Of a DNA stretch of 64,000 nucleotides, positions 18,001 to 27,346 are shown one piece after another; positions within the stretch are counted from its first letter, which is position 1, and each line of letters starts with the position of its first letter. The notes under the pieces are model-generated. The model saw only the letters and a program-made list of their open reading frames with translations. It ran no database searches and was not told the DNA's origin. Location: contig CAXXFV010000015.1 in assembly GCA_963674595.2 (NCBI GenBank), positions 316,692-380,691 on the forward strand, read 5' to 3'. A program made the position numbers and the translations under genes. The stretch is from a bacterium (GTDB taxonomy: Bacteria; Zhuqueibacterota; Zhuqueibacteria; Residuimicrobiales; Krinioviventaceae).

Positions 18001-18721
18001 CGTAGGTGCTGTTACTCCCAATACATGGAACCATATTGTTGTGACTTTTGACAGTGATTCGGGCAGGGTCATTCTTTATGTCAACGGACAGGAAATGGAC
18101 CGATATGAGCATGACGAACCCGGGGTTGCCCTTACAAAGGAGTACTCGTCACCCTTGAATGAGATGATTTCTTTCGGCGGAAGAGTGCCGGGCATTATGG
18201 ACGAGGTACGTCTCTGGGACCGGGCACTCTCTGATCAGGAAGTGAAAATGGGGATGAATAACACATTGACCGGTCAGGAACCCGGACTGGTTGCCTGGTG
18301 GCCCCTGGACGAAGGTTGCGGAGATTTGGCTATGGACAGGACAGAGCATGGGTATGTCGGTTATATCAGCAATATGAAAAGAGTTGAAGGATTCAAGCCT
18401 GCTGAGACATTGGTGCAGGAATCAGGTGACGAAACAGTACCATTGACTTTTGCCCTTGAACAGAATTATCCCAATCCGTTTAATCCTGCGACCGTGATCG
18501 GTTATTCTCTGCCTGAAAGAAAACAGGTTGTTATGACTATATATGATGTTCTCGGACGGCGTGTGCGGCAGCTTGTAAATCGAACAGAATCAGTCGGCAA
18601 GCATTCAGTCCTTTGGGACGCAACAGATGATTATGGCCAACGGGTCGCCACAGGTATTTATTTTTGTGAAATTCGTGCCGGCGAGTTTAGACAAAGCCGT
18701 AAAATGCTGCTAATGAAATAG
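15092..18721 (+). CDS. S8 subtilisin-family serine peptidase with PKD, LamG/ConA-like and FlgD-Ig/T9SS-type C-terminal domains
   Basis: Catalytic motifs VVDTG, HGTHVAG, GTSMASP; PKD WAWDFDGDG...PGVYDVSL; LamG WNHIVVTFD...MDEVRLWDRALS; NYPNPFNP. Confidence 0.92.
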   Translation: MRMKKFVKTIGIIILSSVTFLHAQTRPSMVVDEQNHPLYYKGMAVVKLAKRPNGPSLQKGAKSTGMMSVDRIFSKHSVDKIEKHFQHKPIPENSSLPDLSRIYTIHFSEDQNVLSVVRELEKDPNVEYAEPVSVDRLLDVPDDSLYSSQSWLRQIFAEEAWDIHKGEDGDSTVIIGVVDTGVDWKHPDLIDNFWHNLGEDADGDGHVFEWDGSEWKFDPDDENGIDDDGNGYTDDFVGWNFCSSYDFSGDEGNDPGDPAGHGTHVAGIAAGVTGNGKGIASISWNVKLLAAAHAIYLPDFDDYYILDGEKGIVYLAENGADVINASFGGGYSQAKQDAVDYARALGSIVVAAAGNSASEELEYPAACTGVIGVGNLKEDDVLSSWSNRGAYVDVCAPGNQILSTVPDGQYASKSGTSMASPLVAGLLGLIKSMHPDWSCDQLVLQLLSTADNIDALNPGLEHKLGAGRINAYRALTDSGAILPAEYRLAWHTNIVYQGEDGSKIPNLGQRGSFTFTVGNYSSSTNGEPVTFTLSTEDPDIEIIEGEFSEYLNPEDVTTFTDVFNIRVKEGAKPHVADFTISAQSETPIYSNAGKSFDILVAPSGILVIGYAEADFIESFLKNQQLDVLRLDSVPADLTVFDAVFFTQSYGITPELVRNYLENGGRLYVQDYGILSNLEEDISLPGLFGLDRVEQGETIIRPKCIIGGEESLARDMVFTGTAQSFVDASNIYYPNENGTSLLQIEDYGVVGVQGQGEYGQKTVCLSYDLSNLLENASPSGRQALLARILNFFDIETKMFTDFSCERTNDYESFNIQFRDLSLASGAEFVDSWAWDFDGDGVTDSQEANPLWTYTSPGVYDVSLIVSKGAEVDTLARDSTVTIYINGGGITSVDYGSDISVPGDSSMDQALNRAMSMECMVWPDTMAIEELGGWWFPLWNKSDALILCLYDDLSLDIEIELEDGSWDYVYADVGAVTPNTWNHIVVTFDSDSGRVILYVNGQEMDRYEHDEPGVALTKEYSSPLNEMISFGGRVPGIMDEVRLWDRALSDQEVKMGMNNTLTGQEPGLVAWWPLDEGCGDLAMDRTEHGYVGYISNMKRVEGFKPAETLVQESGDETVPLTFALEQNYPNPFNPATVIGYSLPERKQVVMTIYDVLGRRVRQLVNRTESVGKHSVLWDATDDYGQRVATGIYFCEIRAGEFRQSRKMLLMK

Positions 18722-18743
18722 AAAATATCATTCCCAAAAATGA

Positions 18744-18771
18744 GCAGGGATTCAAAATTTTGAATCCCTGC
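18744..18771. terminator. Perfect 28-bp palindrome after the S8 gene (probable terminator)
   Basis: GCAGGGATTCAAAA|TTTTGAATCCCTGC. Confidence 0.6.
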
Positions 18772-19128
18772 AATAATTTACCTTTTAAATTTTTCCAATA
18801 TACTGTAAAAAATTCTTGCGCTGGTTTTATATAATTTGTATTATACTTTTAACATCTGTAAAGAATTGATTTTTAAGACTATTTTTGTAGTTGGTCTATT
18901 TTATAAACACGGGGGTCAACGGCACAAACGAGGAAAAGATTGTTTCGGATTCAGAATCATACTCCTGTTGTCCCGATGACAAAATTTCTACAAAGGGTAA
19001 TGACGGCCTTGTTGTTGCCCCAAAATGCTTTCCAAATTTATCAACCTAAAAATATAATTATTCATATCGCTTAATAAATAAAAGATTTGTTCCAATAACA
19101 ATTTAAAACATAAAAAGGAGAAAAAGCC

Positions 19129-20079
19129 ATGTATAAAATATTTGGGTTCCTTATTTCCTTTTTAATAATTCCAGGTTGTCTTTTTTCTCAGGTGCAATCA
19201 GATTATAATCCTATGAACATCGGCAACTATTGGATTCAGCATACAAACACCCTTTTTGATGGATATAATCCAACAACCTTTAGAATGGAAATCGAAGGAA
19301 TTGACCTGATTAATGGAATAGAATATTTTAGGATGAAACAAGAACAGACAGTAGATGATGGTTCTAAAAAACCTTCTGTGTGGTATATTTGGACGGGTCA
19401 AAATTCTAAAGGTGGATTGTTGGGAGCTTTTGGCACCAGTTCCGATATAGATTCAGCATTTATTTATGATCCACCGGTTGTCTCGTTTCCAAAGGACGCA
19501 AATAGTATAGGCTATTCATGGAAATATTTTATGCCTGGTACGGGAAACGGTGGTCAAAATTTTTCCAATGAAATTATAAGTTACACGGAAACAGTCAAGG
19601 TGCCGAGTGGAGCATACAAAAATTGTATGAAAATCAGTACTATTATTACAGATACATCGGGAACAACAACCCAAACATATAACCATTATTATGCTCAGGG
19701 AGTTGGACAAATATTAAATGAAGGGTGGAGTTCCTGGGGAGGTGATTATAAATTTGAACTGACAGAGTATAATGTTCAAACCTCTGTAATTGTCGGAAAA
19801 TCATTAAATAATCCAGATAATTTTAAACTATGCCGGAACTATCCCAATCCGTTTAATCCAAAAACTGTTATTCAATACCAAATACCAAACTCGACAAATG
19901 TTTCGTTAAAAGTATATAATGTTCTTGGTAAAGAAATAGCTACTTTGGTTGACCAATACCAGTCCTTCGGAAATCACTCGATAAAATTTGATGCGACTAA
20001 TCTGCCATCGGGTATTTATTTCTATAAACTTAGGACCGCCGGCTACTTGGAAACGAAAAAGATGCTGCTTTGTAGATAA
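19129..20079 (+). CDS. Secreted hypothetical protein with T9SS type-A-like CTD
   Basis: Signal peptide LFS-Q; ETVKVPSGAYKNC and YYAQGVG motifs; NYPNPFNPKT...LPSGIYFY; AGGAG RBS. Confidence 0.8.
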   Translation: MYKIFGFLISFLIIPGCLFSQVQSDYNPMNIGNYWIQHTNTLFDGYNPTTFRMEIEGIDLINGIEYFRMKQEQTVDDGSKKPSVWYIWTGQNSKGGLLGAFGTSSDIDSAFIYDPPVVSFPKDANSIGYSWKYFMPGTGNGGQNFSNEIISYTETVKVPSGAYKNCMKISTIITDTSGTTTQTYNHYYAQGVGQILNEGWSSWGGDYKFELTEYNVQTSVIVGKSLNNPDNFKLCRNYPNPFNPKTVIQYQIPNSTNVSLKVYNVLGKEIATLVDQYQSFGNHSIKFDATNLPSGIYFYKLRTAGYLETKKMLLCR

Positions 20080-20191
20080 GTTGCTGGAGTGATATTATAA
20101 AGGCAGCATTAATTTCTTTTCCGGTTACCCCGGGGTACCATCTTTGAGCAAAAAACAATTTTCTGTCCTTAAAATAATCTTTAAACATTGT

Positions 20192-20220
20192 TTGACATAA
20201 ACGGGCCCAGTCCTTATATT
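20192..20220 (+). promoter_or_regulatory. sigma70-type promoter TTGACA-N17-TATATT
   Basis: TTGACA TAAACGGGCCCAGTCCT TATATT upstream of the HAD gene. Confidence 0.7.
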
Positions 20221-20324
20221 AGACCGTCCGATCAGGTTATTATATCCCCGGATGCTTAAAAACAATATGATGAATAAACACAACTATTTTGTAAACGCCT
20301 GTGCGTTTGTTTTCGGAGTATTTA

Positions 20325-21044
20325 ATGAAAGTACTTTTATTTGATTTTGATGGTACACTTGGCTATAGAGATGGAATGTGGACTGACACATTTTTTTCTT
20401 TATTAATAAAACACAATATCCATTCTATTGAAAAACGGGATTTGAGGCCTTTGCTAAATATCGGCTATACCTGGAGTTCCCCTGATTCACCGCATCGTGA
20501 TCTTTTTAAGGGAAAAACCTGGTGGGAATATTATGAGGATTATTTTTGTGAAATTTTGTCTCTTTTTGGAATTGGCGCACAGCAAAGTAAAAATATTGCA
20601 TCCGAATTTAGAGCGGAATATATGGATAAAACCAAATGGCACCTGTTTTCAGATATTCTTCCCCTGTTAAAAAAGAGTCAACAAAACGGCTTTACGAATA
20701 TAATCCTTTCAAATCACATTCCGGAACTGGAAACTATTGTTGATTATCTTGGTATATCCGAGCTGTTTTTCAAAATATATAGTTCAGGATTATTAGGGTA
20801 TGAAAAGCCGAACAAGGAAATCTTTAACCACGTTGTGAATGATCTGGGTATTGAAAGAAAAAACATCATCATGATTGGTGATAATTATCGGGCTGATATC
20901 GGTGGTGCTTTACGTTCACAAATAAAGGCAATTCTTGTGAGAAAGGAAAATGACAAAGACTATAGATGGTATTGCCAGGACTTTATACAACTGCCGGATG
21001 TTCTAAAAGAATTAGGTTTTGACATAACAGCGGCTGCGATTTAA
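20325..21044 (+). CDS. HAD-IA family hydrolase
   Basis: LFDFDGTL motif I; ILSN; EKP; MIGDNYRADIGGA. ATG at 20325 after GGAG. Confidence 0.88.
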   Translation: MKVLLFDFDGTLGYRDGMWTDTFFSLLIKHNIHSIEKRDLRPLLNIGYTWSSPDSPHRDLFKGKTWWEYYEDYFCEILSLFGIGAQQSKNIASEFRAEYMDKTKWHLFSDILPLLKKSQQNGFTNIILSNHIPELETIVDYLGISELFFKIYSSGLLGYEKPNKEIFNHVVNDLGIERKNIIMIGDNYRADIGGALRSQIKAILVRKENDKDYRWYCQDFIQLPDVLKELGFDITAAAI

Positions 21045-21113
21045 ATTGTTTATTGTTAGCCTGTAAGGCATTTTTATCGTTTTTTACCCGGTAAAAATAA
21101 ATTGAATCAATAT

Positions 21114-21142
21114 TTGACATAAATGGGTTCATTCCTTATATT
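21114..21142 (+). promoter_or_regulatory. sigma70-type promoter TTGACA-N17-TATATT, near-copy of 20192..20220
   Basis: TTGACA TAAATGGGTTCATTCCT TATATT. Confidence 0.7.
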
Positions 21143-21231
21143 AAAATGTCTCAGATAGCAAAGTTTGAGACGATATCTAACCTGTTATCGATAAGAGGGA
21201 AATCTTTGTTATAAACCAGCGGAGCAGATCT

Positions 21232-22521
21232 GTGAAATTGCTGTTGGTAAACCTGGAAAACAACAATAGTATAAAATACGATCGCTTACTAATTTTGTTT
21301 GGCATATTTTGGGCTTTCTTTATAACAATATCAAGGGCACTACGATGGCCTAACGATTGGGCGGAAGCACAATGGCTGATAAGTTATAAATTTGGTTTTG
21401 TAAAACGGGGATTACCGGGAACACTCATTGCACCTTTTGTTAATTTGGGTAGAATAAATAATAATGTAGATATTGTAATAAAAATAATATCAACAATCTT
21501 TCTTTTGCTTTTCTGTGCCGTGCTGCTCTGGATATGTTTACGAATTATTCAAAAATCACTTTTTAATATTTACAGTGTGCTGGTTGTTTTGATATTTTCA
21601 ACATCACCATTTGTTGTGATGAGCGCGCACTTGAACGGTTATTTTGATCATATTATTGTGATTTTAATTGTTTTTTCCTGTTGGGCATTATTTAATGGTA
21701 AAGTCTGGTTGATCTCAATAATACTTTCAACAGGCATACTTGTTCATGAAATCACTTTTTTGATTGGATTTCCGGTTGTCATTTTTCTTGCATTGGTTCA
21801 GTACATTAAAGAAACCAATAACTTGAATACAAAACAGTTGATAACCGGTTATTTCTCCCGTTATAAATTACTTTTTTTAATCCCCTCAGTTACACTGTTG
21901 ATTATTATTATCAACCAGACAATATTCATAGAACCTGCGGAATTAAAAATCCGGCTTGTAGCTTATTTAACACAATTCGATTTTATACAGGATAAAAGAA
22001 ACTTTGTCGTTCCGAACGCTTTTACGACTTCATTTTTTGCCTATTTCTCTCAACAGGGCCCCATGTTTATGCAACGCATAACAGACCTGACTCACCTACT
22101 GCATATCGGGTTACCCATAATTATTTTGTTACATTATGTTTGGCACAATCTTTCTGCCATTCGTTATAAAAAATTAATTTTTGGGGTTCTTGTTGCAATT
22201 ACACTATTACCCTTGTCGCTTCATGTTATCGCCTGCGATACAAGCCGGATTTGGTCATATCCGCTTTTGGTGGCGATGCTTTCACTGTGGGGAGTCACTG
22301 AAATTTTACCTGCCAATAATAATGTGGATAAAGAACCTTTCGTTTTTTATATCATCGGATTAATCCTTTTAATATCTCAGATATTTATATTAACACCGCT
22401 TATGGACGGTGCGCAGGAACAATATTCGAATGGGATGCGAATCATCCTTTATTCTCCGACATTCATAATTTTTACAATATTTATTTTACGTTATTATAAA
22501 TCGAAAAACAGCTCTTTTTAA
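21232..22521 (+). CDS. Polytopic membrane protein, possibly GT-C-like
   Basis: About 10 hydrophobic segments; WLISYKFGFVKRGLPG, LVHE and DTSRIW motifs. Confidence 0.6.
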   Translation: MKLLLVNLENNNSIKYDRLLILFGIFWAFFITISRALRWPNDWAEAQWLISYKFGFVKRGLPGTLIAPFVNLGRINNNVDIVIKIISTIFLLLFCAVLLWICLRIIQKSLFNIYSVLVVLIFSTSPFVVMSAHLNGYFDHIIVILIVFSCWALFNGKVWLISIILSTGILVHEITFLIGFPVVIFLALVQYIKETNNLNTKQLITGYFSRYKLLFLIPSVTLLIIIINQTIFIEPAELKIRLVAYLTQFDFIQDKRNFVVPNAFTTSFFAYFSQQGPMFMQRITDLTHLLHIGLPIIILLHYVWHNLSAIRYKKLIFGVLVAITLLPLSLHVIACDTSRIWSYPLLVAMLSLWGVTEILPANNNVDKEPFVFYIIGLILLISQIFILTPLMDGAQEQYSNGMRIILYSPTFIIFTIFILRYYKSKNSSF

Positions 22522-22596
22522 TATTTTTATATTATGTTTGCTAATTAACATTTAATATAAAATTTGTAAATGTAACTTGATTATAGACGGGACAAT

Positions 22597-24039
22597 ATGA
22601 TGAATATTGATATGAAAAAAATAAATACAACAAAAGTTGGATTGTTCGGAATTGGCCTTGATACATATTGGCCTCAATTCGAAGGATTGCTTGACAATTT
22701 AAAAGACTATCAAAATCAAATAAGAAAAAGATTTGAAAGTTTTGGAATTAATTTAGTAGACGCCGGGATGGTTGATAAGCCGGAAAAGGCCTGCGAAGCA
22801 GCAGATTTACTGAAAACTCATGATGTGGAAATTGTATTTCTTTATGTTTCAACTTATGCTTTGTCGTCAACCGTGCTGCCTGTTGCACAAAAATTAAAAG
22901 TCCCGGTCGTAATTCTTAACCTTCAACCGGTTGCGCAACTGGATTACAAGGCCTTTAACAGTTTGAACGATCGGGGTAAACAGACAGGAATTTGGCTGGA
23001 GCACTGCCAGGCTTGTTCTGTGCCTGAGATTGCATCGGTTTTCAATCGTGCCGGTATCCAATATGATATTGTCACCGGACATTTGCAGGATGATGATGCC
23101 TGGCGAGACATAAAAGCATGGACCGAGGCTGCTGCAACAGCGGCTGCTATAAGAGATAACCGCATGGGAATTTTAGGCCACTATTATAATGGAATGTTGG
23201 ATGTTTATACGGATATCACAAAACAATCTTCGGTTTTTGGTACCCACATTGAACTCATTGAAATGTGTGAATTAAAAAAGTATCGCGATCAGGTTACTAA
23301 AGAGCAAATCGCTGCCAAAATTGAGGAATTTAACAATACTTTTGACGTTTCAAAAGAGTGTGAAACGATTGAACTTGAACGTGCTGCACAGACGTCTGTG
23401 GCACTCGACAAATTAGTTGAAGCCAAAAAAATAGGCTCTATGGCTTATTATTACGAGGGTGAAGAAGGTAATGAATATGAAAATATAGTAACCTCGGTCA
23501 TTGCCGGCAATACTTTATTGACAGGTAAAAATATTCCCATTGCCGGGGAGTGTGAAGTGAAAAACGCACAGGCAATGAAAATCATGGCTGAATTTGGAGC
23601 TGGGGGTTCTTTTTCTGAATTTTATCTGATGGATTTCAAGGACGATGTTGTCTACCTGGGACATGATGGCCCTGCACATTACGCCATTGCACAGGAAAAG
23701 GTAAAATTGGTCCCATTACCGGTTTATCACGGCAAGCCTGGTAAAGGGCTTTCAATTCAGATGAATGTTAAAAATGGTCCGGTTACTTTACTTTCTGTGG
23801 TTGAGGGAAAAGACAACGTGTTCTTTTTATGTGCTGAAGGCTATGCAGTGGAGGGCCCTGTGCTTCAAATAGGCAATACTAACAGCCGTTACCGTTTTTC
23901 CATTGGCGCCAAAGCTTTTATGGATACATGGTCAAAGCAAGGCCCGGCACACCATTGCGCTATTGGTATAGGACATATTGCTAATAAAATTGAAAGGCTG
24001 GGGCAAATTTTAAATATAGATGTTGTTAAAATTTGTTGA
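22597..24039 (+). CDS. L-fucose/L-arabinose isomerase family protein
   Basis: GLFGIGLDTYWPQF; AGECEVK; LGHDGPAH; IGNTNSRY; GPAHHCAIGIGH. Confidence 0.85.
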   Translation: MMNIDMKKINTTKVGLFGIGLDTYWPQFEGLLDNLKDYQNQIRKRFESFGINLVDAGMVDKPEKACEAADLLKTHDVEIVFLYVSTYALSSTVLPVAQKLKVPVVILNLQPVAQLDYKAFNSLNDRGKQTGIWLEHCQACSVPEIASVFNRAGIQYDIVTGHLQDDDAWRDIKAWTEAAATAAAIRDNRMGILGHYYNGMLDVYTDITKQSSVFGTHIELIEMCELKKYRDQVTKEQIAAKIEEFNNTFDVSKECETIELERAAQTSVALDKLVEAKKIGSMAYYYEGEEGNEYENIVTSVIAGNTLLTGKNIPIAGECEVKNAQAMKIMAEFGAGGSFSEFYLMDFKDDVVYLGHDGPAHYAIAQEKVKLVPLPVYHGKPGKGLSIQMNVKNGPVTLLSVVEGKDNVFFLCAEGYAVEGPVLQIGNTNSRYRFSIGAKAFMDTWSKQGPAHHCAIGIGHIANKIERLGQILNIDVVKIC

Positions 24040-24277
24040 CAGACAATTTAATTATAATTTCACTATCCTTTTCTTGTCTTGCATTCGTTTTGGAAAGTTA
24101 TGCCGGCAAACTGGTAAGGCAATTTGGGCCATTAATTATCAAAGGAAATGGTTTGATTACATTTTAAATCCGGCAAGACATTACTCTCAAATATGGGGGA
24201 TCAATGATTCAATTAAAGATAATGAACAAAATCTTTTTCAATAATTGATAAATTCAAATTTAAAAAGGAGAGCTAAA

Positions 24278-24865
24278 TTGAAATCAAAAAAAGTATCTGT
24301 TATCGTATCTGGTCTGTTAATATTTTTGATGCTGAATTCTTGCGGTAAAAAAGATGAAAGCTCCAGCCAGGAAAATGCTGCACAGAAATCTTCCCAGTCA
24401 TCCGAGATGGCTGCTGCTGAAAAAGCAGGCGATACCGCAAAAGGAAAAATAGACGGGCAATTCATTACAGTAGATCAATTTAAATTTGTCATTCCCAAAG
24501 ACTGGAAAGGTGATAAGGATACCCAGGTGTGGTTCCCGGATACGGAAGATGCAAATAAACCTATTCCCGATCGCAGCCTCCATCATGGAGCACGGCCACT
24601 AATGGGCATTCCGTCTTTGGAAAAGGGGATACAAACTCATATCGGCTTGGAACCTGTTGATAAAAAGCCGGTAAAAGTGGGAAACATGCAGGGAATAATC
24701 TGCCAATGGCAGAGAGGAAGCTATAAGAGCATCGGGCTTTTTTTACTTGAAAAGAGCGCCGGGATGGATATTATGTATTTCTTTATCTGTCAGGCCCCGG
24801 CAACTTTGTTTGATCAGAATTTGGAAACCTATAAAAAAATTCTGGCGAGTGTTTCATTAAAATAA
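24278..24865 (+). CDS. Hypothetical lipoprotein
   Basis: AGGAG then TTG at 24278; lipobox LNS-C; low-complexity linker. Confidence 0.7.
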   Translation: MKSKKVSVIVSGLLIFLMLNSCGKKDESSSQENAAQKSSQSSEMAAAEKAGDTAKGKIDGQFITVDQFKFVIPKDWKGDKDTQVWFPDTEDANKPIPDRSLHHGARPLMGIPSLEKGIQTHIGLEPVDKKPVKVGNMQGIICQWQRGSYKSIGLFLLEKSAGMDIMYFFICQAPATLFDQNLETYKKILASVSLK

Positions 24866-24896
24866 AATACCCGTTTAAATTTTTGATTGTCAATTT

Positions 24897-24930
24897 TGCC
24901 GCCCAGAGAAACATCCGGGGCGGCATTTAT
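24897..24930 (+). terminator. Probable terminator
   Basis: TGCCGCCC...GGGCGGCA stem followed by an AT-rich tail. Confidence 0.55.
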
Positions 24931-25083
24931 ATTTTAGAAGCGGACCCAGCCGCAACGGATGAAATTCCTAAAAAATTAAAATTGCACTTGCTATTTTCAT
25001 CAATTGGGTTAAGTTGAATAAAGATAAGGTGTATTGCTAAAAAATCACCTTTATGTCATTATGACAAATCCGGAGGATGTAAA

Positions 25084-25536
25084 ATGTTATCAAAATTTTC
25101 TTCTGACAATGTTTTTAAATCTGCTGGTTTTTGGGGAGTACTATTGGCCCTTATTATTTTCTTACCGATTACAAGTTTTTCTTTAGAGATTACAATTGAT
25201 GTGGCGCCGAATGTTTTAAATTTGCAAAACAACGGGCAAGTGGTCACTATTCACACGGATATTGATTATCATCTTGTCCAGGCCTCAACTGTGTATCTGA
25301 ATGGTATTGCCATACAGAGTTACAAGTCCGACCTGCGTGGTAATTTTGTCGCCAAGTTCGACATTGAGGCGGTTAAAGGATTGCCGTTGGTTATTGATGG
25401 CTATAACACCCTTACAATGGAAGGTGTTACAACGACAAACGAAGAGTTTTTTGGTTCTCAGGATATTCTGGTTATCGACAAAAGCGCCGTTGTTAAAACC
25501 CGTAAAAGCGTTGATAAAAACCTATCACGCTATTGA
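25084..25536 (+). CDS. Small secreted hypothetical protein
   Basis: GGAGG RBS; hydrophobic N-terminus; beta-rich IDVAPNVLNL domain. Confidence 0.7.
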   Translation: MLSKFSSDNVFKSAGFWGVLLALIIFLPITSFSLEITIDVAPNVLNLQNNGQVVTIHTDIDYHLVQASTVYLNGIAIQSYKSDLRGNFVAKFDIEAVKGLPLVIDGYNTLTMEGVTTTNEEFFGSQDILVIDKSAVVKTRKSVDKNLSRY

Positions 25537-25602
25537 TTTTATTCTTTAGGGGCCATTCTGTAAAAGGGGATGATTTATTGGAATGTAAATTAGAGAAAAT
25601 TT

Positions 25603-25634
25603 AAGCCCTTTTTATTGTTTTAAAAAGGGCTTTT
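25603..25634 (+). terminator. Rho-independent terminator
   Basis: AAGCCCTTTTTA-TTGTTT-TAAAAAGGGCTT followed by TT. Confidence 0.65.
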
Positions 25635-25921
25635 GTTAATTGCATATAGGTTGCAAACTATGTGAATTAATTAGTAAACACTTGCCTGTAGATTATAAAC
25701 CATTAGGAATGATTGACATTAAAAAATGAATCTTGACTGTTTTGTTTGTTATAAAGATGGAATTTTGTAACACAAAAGGAAAACATTATTTACCTTGTCA
25801 ATTTGTTTAAAATTAATTTCTATTTCTAATTAGGATAATTTTGGTTATAATTTATAGGCAGATAAAATAGAAAACGTAAGAATAATAACTTGATGTATGT
25901 ATGAAATAACGTGGGATTTAA

Positions 25922-26701
25922 ATGGTACCAAAAAGTGAAAATACAACGCCTCGTCAATTAAATGTCGATCCATTGTACTCAAAAGGCGAGTATTTTTCTG
26001 ATACGCAAAGACATAGCCATGATGCTGCTTTCAAAGCAAATAATTTCCTAAAGCTGTTTTCAAAATTTGTAAAACAGAATAATATAGAAATCAACTCATT
26101 TGTTGATGTGGGCTGTGGTTCCGGTGATATTATTAAAATTATAGCAGATTCTTTAAATGCAAACAATTCTAATTTAATAAAATTCAAAGCCTATGATGTT
26201 TCACCTCATATTCAAAATATTAAAAATGAAGGTATTGAGTATATTAATGGAGATTTTTGCGAATCAGATGAATTTGTTGATGTTGTAACTTTGTTTGATG
26301 TCTTTGAGCATGTTCCTGACCCCATTGAGTTTATAAAAGCCGTTGCAAAGCGATGTAAAATTATTGGTTTTCATATACCGTTGGATAACTCAATCATGTT
26401 GGCTTTAAGGAACAAGTTCCGACATAAATTACGGACTGTCGGGCATTTACTTTTTATGGATACGGCTTTAGCTCTTAACTTATTGGCGTTATCAGGTCTC
26501 AAGGTGGTTGATTATGAGTACACTTTTGCTTTTTTAGCTCCATCCGGATATAGCACGATATTTGGAAAATTAATATTTCCTCTCCGATATTTGTTGGCAA
26601 AGATTAATCCATGGTTATTAAGCAAAACACTTGGAGGAGCCAGTCTTATTGTCCTGGCAATTACCGAAAAAGGTTTACATGAAATAAAACTCGATCATTA
26701 A
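25922..26701 (+). CDS. Class I SAM-dependent methyltransferase
   Basis: VDVGCGSG motif I; FDVFEHVPDP. Confidence 0.85.
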   Translation: MVPKSENTTPRQLNVDPLYSKGEYFSDTQRHSHDAAFKANNFLKLFSKFVKQNNIEINSFVDVGCGSGDIIKIIADSLNANNSNLIKFKAYDVSPHIQNIKNEGIEYINGDFCESDEFVDVVTLFDVFEHVPDPIEFIKAVAKRCKIIGFHIPLDNSIMLALRNKFRHKLRTVGHLLFMDTALALNLLALSGLKVVDYEYTFAFLAPSGYSTIFGKLIFPLRYLLAKINPWLLSKTLGGASLIVLAITEKGLHEIKLDH

Positions 26702-26754
26702 AATGATATTTTTTTTATAAAAATACCTAATGACTACCCTCTGTAAATATAAAA

Positions 26755-26789
26755 ACCCTTTTCGTACTAAACCAGATGACGAAAAGGGT
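26755..26789. terminator. Hairpin between convergent genes (probable bidirectional terminator)
   Basis: ACCCTTTTCGT...ACGAAAAGGGT. Confidence 0.6.
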
Positions 26790-26810
26790 ATATACTTAAA
26801 ATTATTTAAT

Positions 26811-27308
26811 TTATTCTGCCGGCTGCCCCATTGCTCTGTTTTTGCTTCTTTCAATGGATTGAAGTGCCAGATAACGGTCGCCAAATTTTTCCATATTGTC
26901 CGTTTCCTGATCAAATTGATCGTAATGGAGTTCTTCGTCTGCTACCAAATCTTCAAAAAGTTTTTTGGAAACAGAATCTGCATTGGCGGCACATTCATTG
27001 GCCCATTTATTATAATCCATAACACTGGATTGCTCCATTTGGCATGCTTTTTCCAGCATTTTTCCAACATCATGTATTTTTTCTACTGCTTCTGAATTTA
27101 CCATTTCAACTTCACCTTTTAAGAACAATATACGTTCAGCCAGGCGTTCCACGTGCAGCATCTCTTCAATGGCTGTTTTTTTGAACAAACCGGCCAAAAG
27201 ATCATATCCCTGATCGTCAAGGTGAAAATGAAAGTACATGTACTGATGAACAGCACTTAATTCATCAGCAACGGCTTTGTTAAGTAGCTCAATACTTTTT
27301 TCATGCAT
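26811..27308 (-). CDS. bfr: Bacterioferritin
   Basis: ELSAVHQY; IEEMLHVERLAERILFL; DEELH ferroxidase ligands; heme Met present. Confidence 0.9.
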   Translation of the reverse strand: MHEKSIELLNKAVADELSAVHQYMYFHFHLDDQGYDLLAGLFKKTAIEEMLHVERLAERILFLKGEVEMVNSEAVEKIHDVGKMLEKACQMEQSSVMDYNKWANECAANADSVSKKLFEDLVADEELHYDQFDQETDNMEKFGDRYLALQSIERSKNRAMGQPAE

Positions 27309-27346
27309 TGGTTAGATCTCCTGTTAATTGAATTTTTCTATTTTAA

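Noticed and set aside
21021-21061. attC-like ends (ACATAAC...GTTAGCC) at the end of the HAD gene, suggesting an integron cassette array in the 19-27 kb singleton region
   Set aside because: Only about 40 bp, no convincing internal palindrome, no similar sites after neighbouring genes and no integrase
26811-27308. Atypical or encapsulin-associated ferritin
   Set aside because: Ordinary bacterioferritin motifs including the heme Met, and no encapsulin gene nearby
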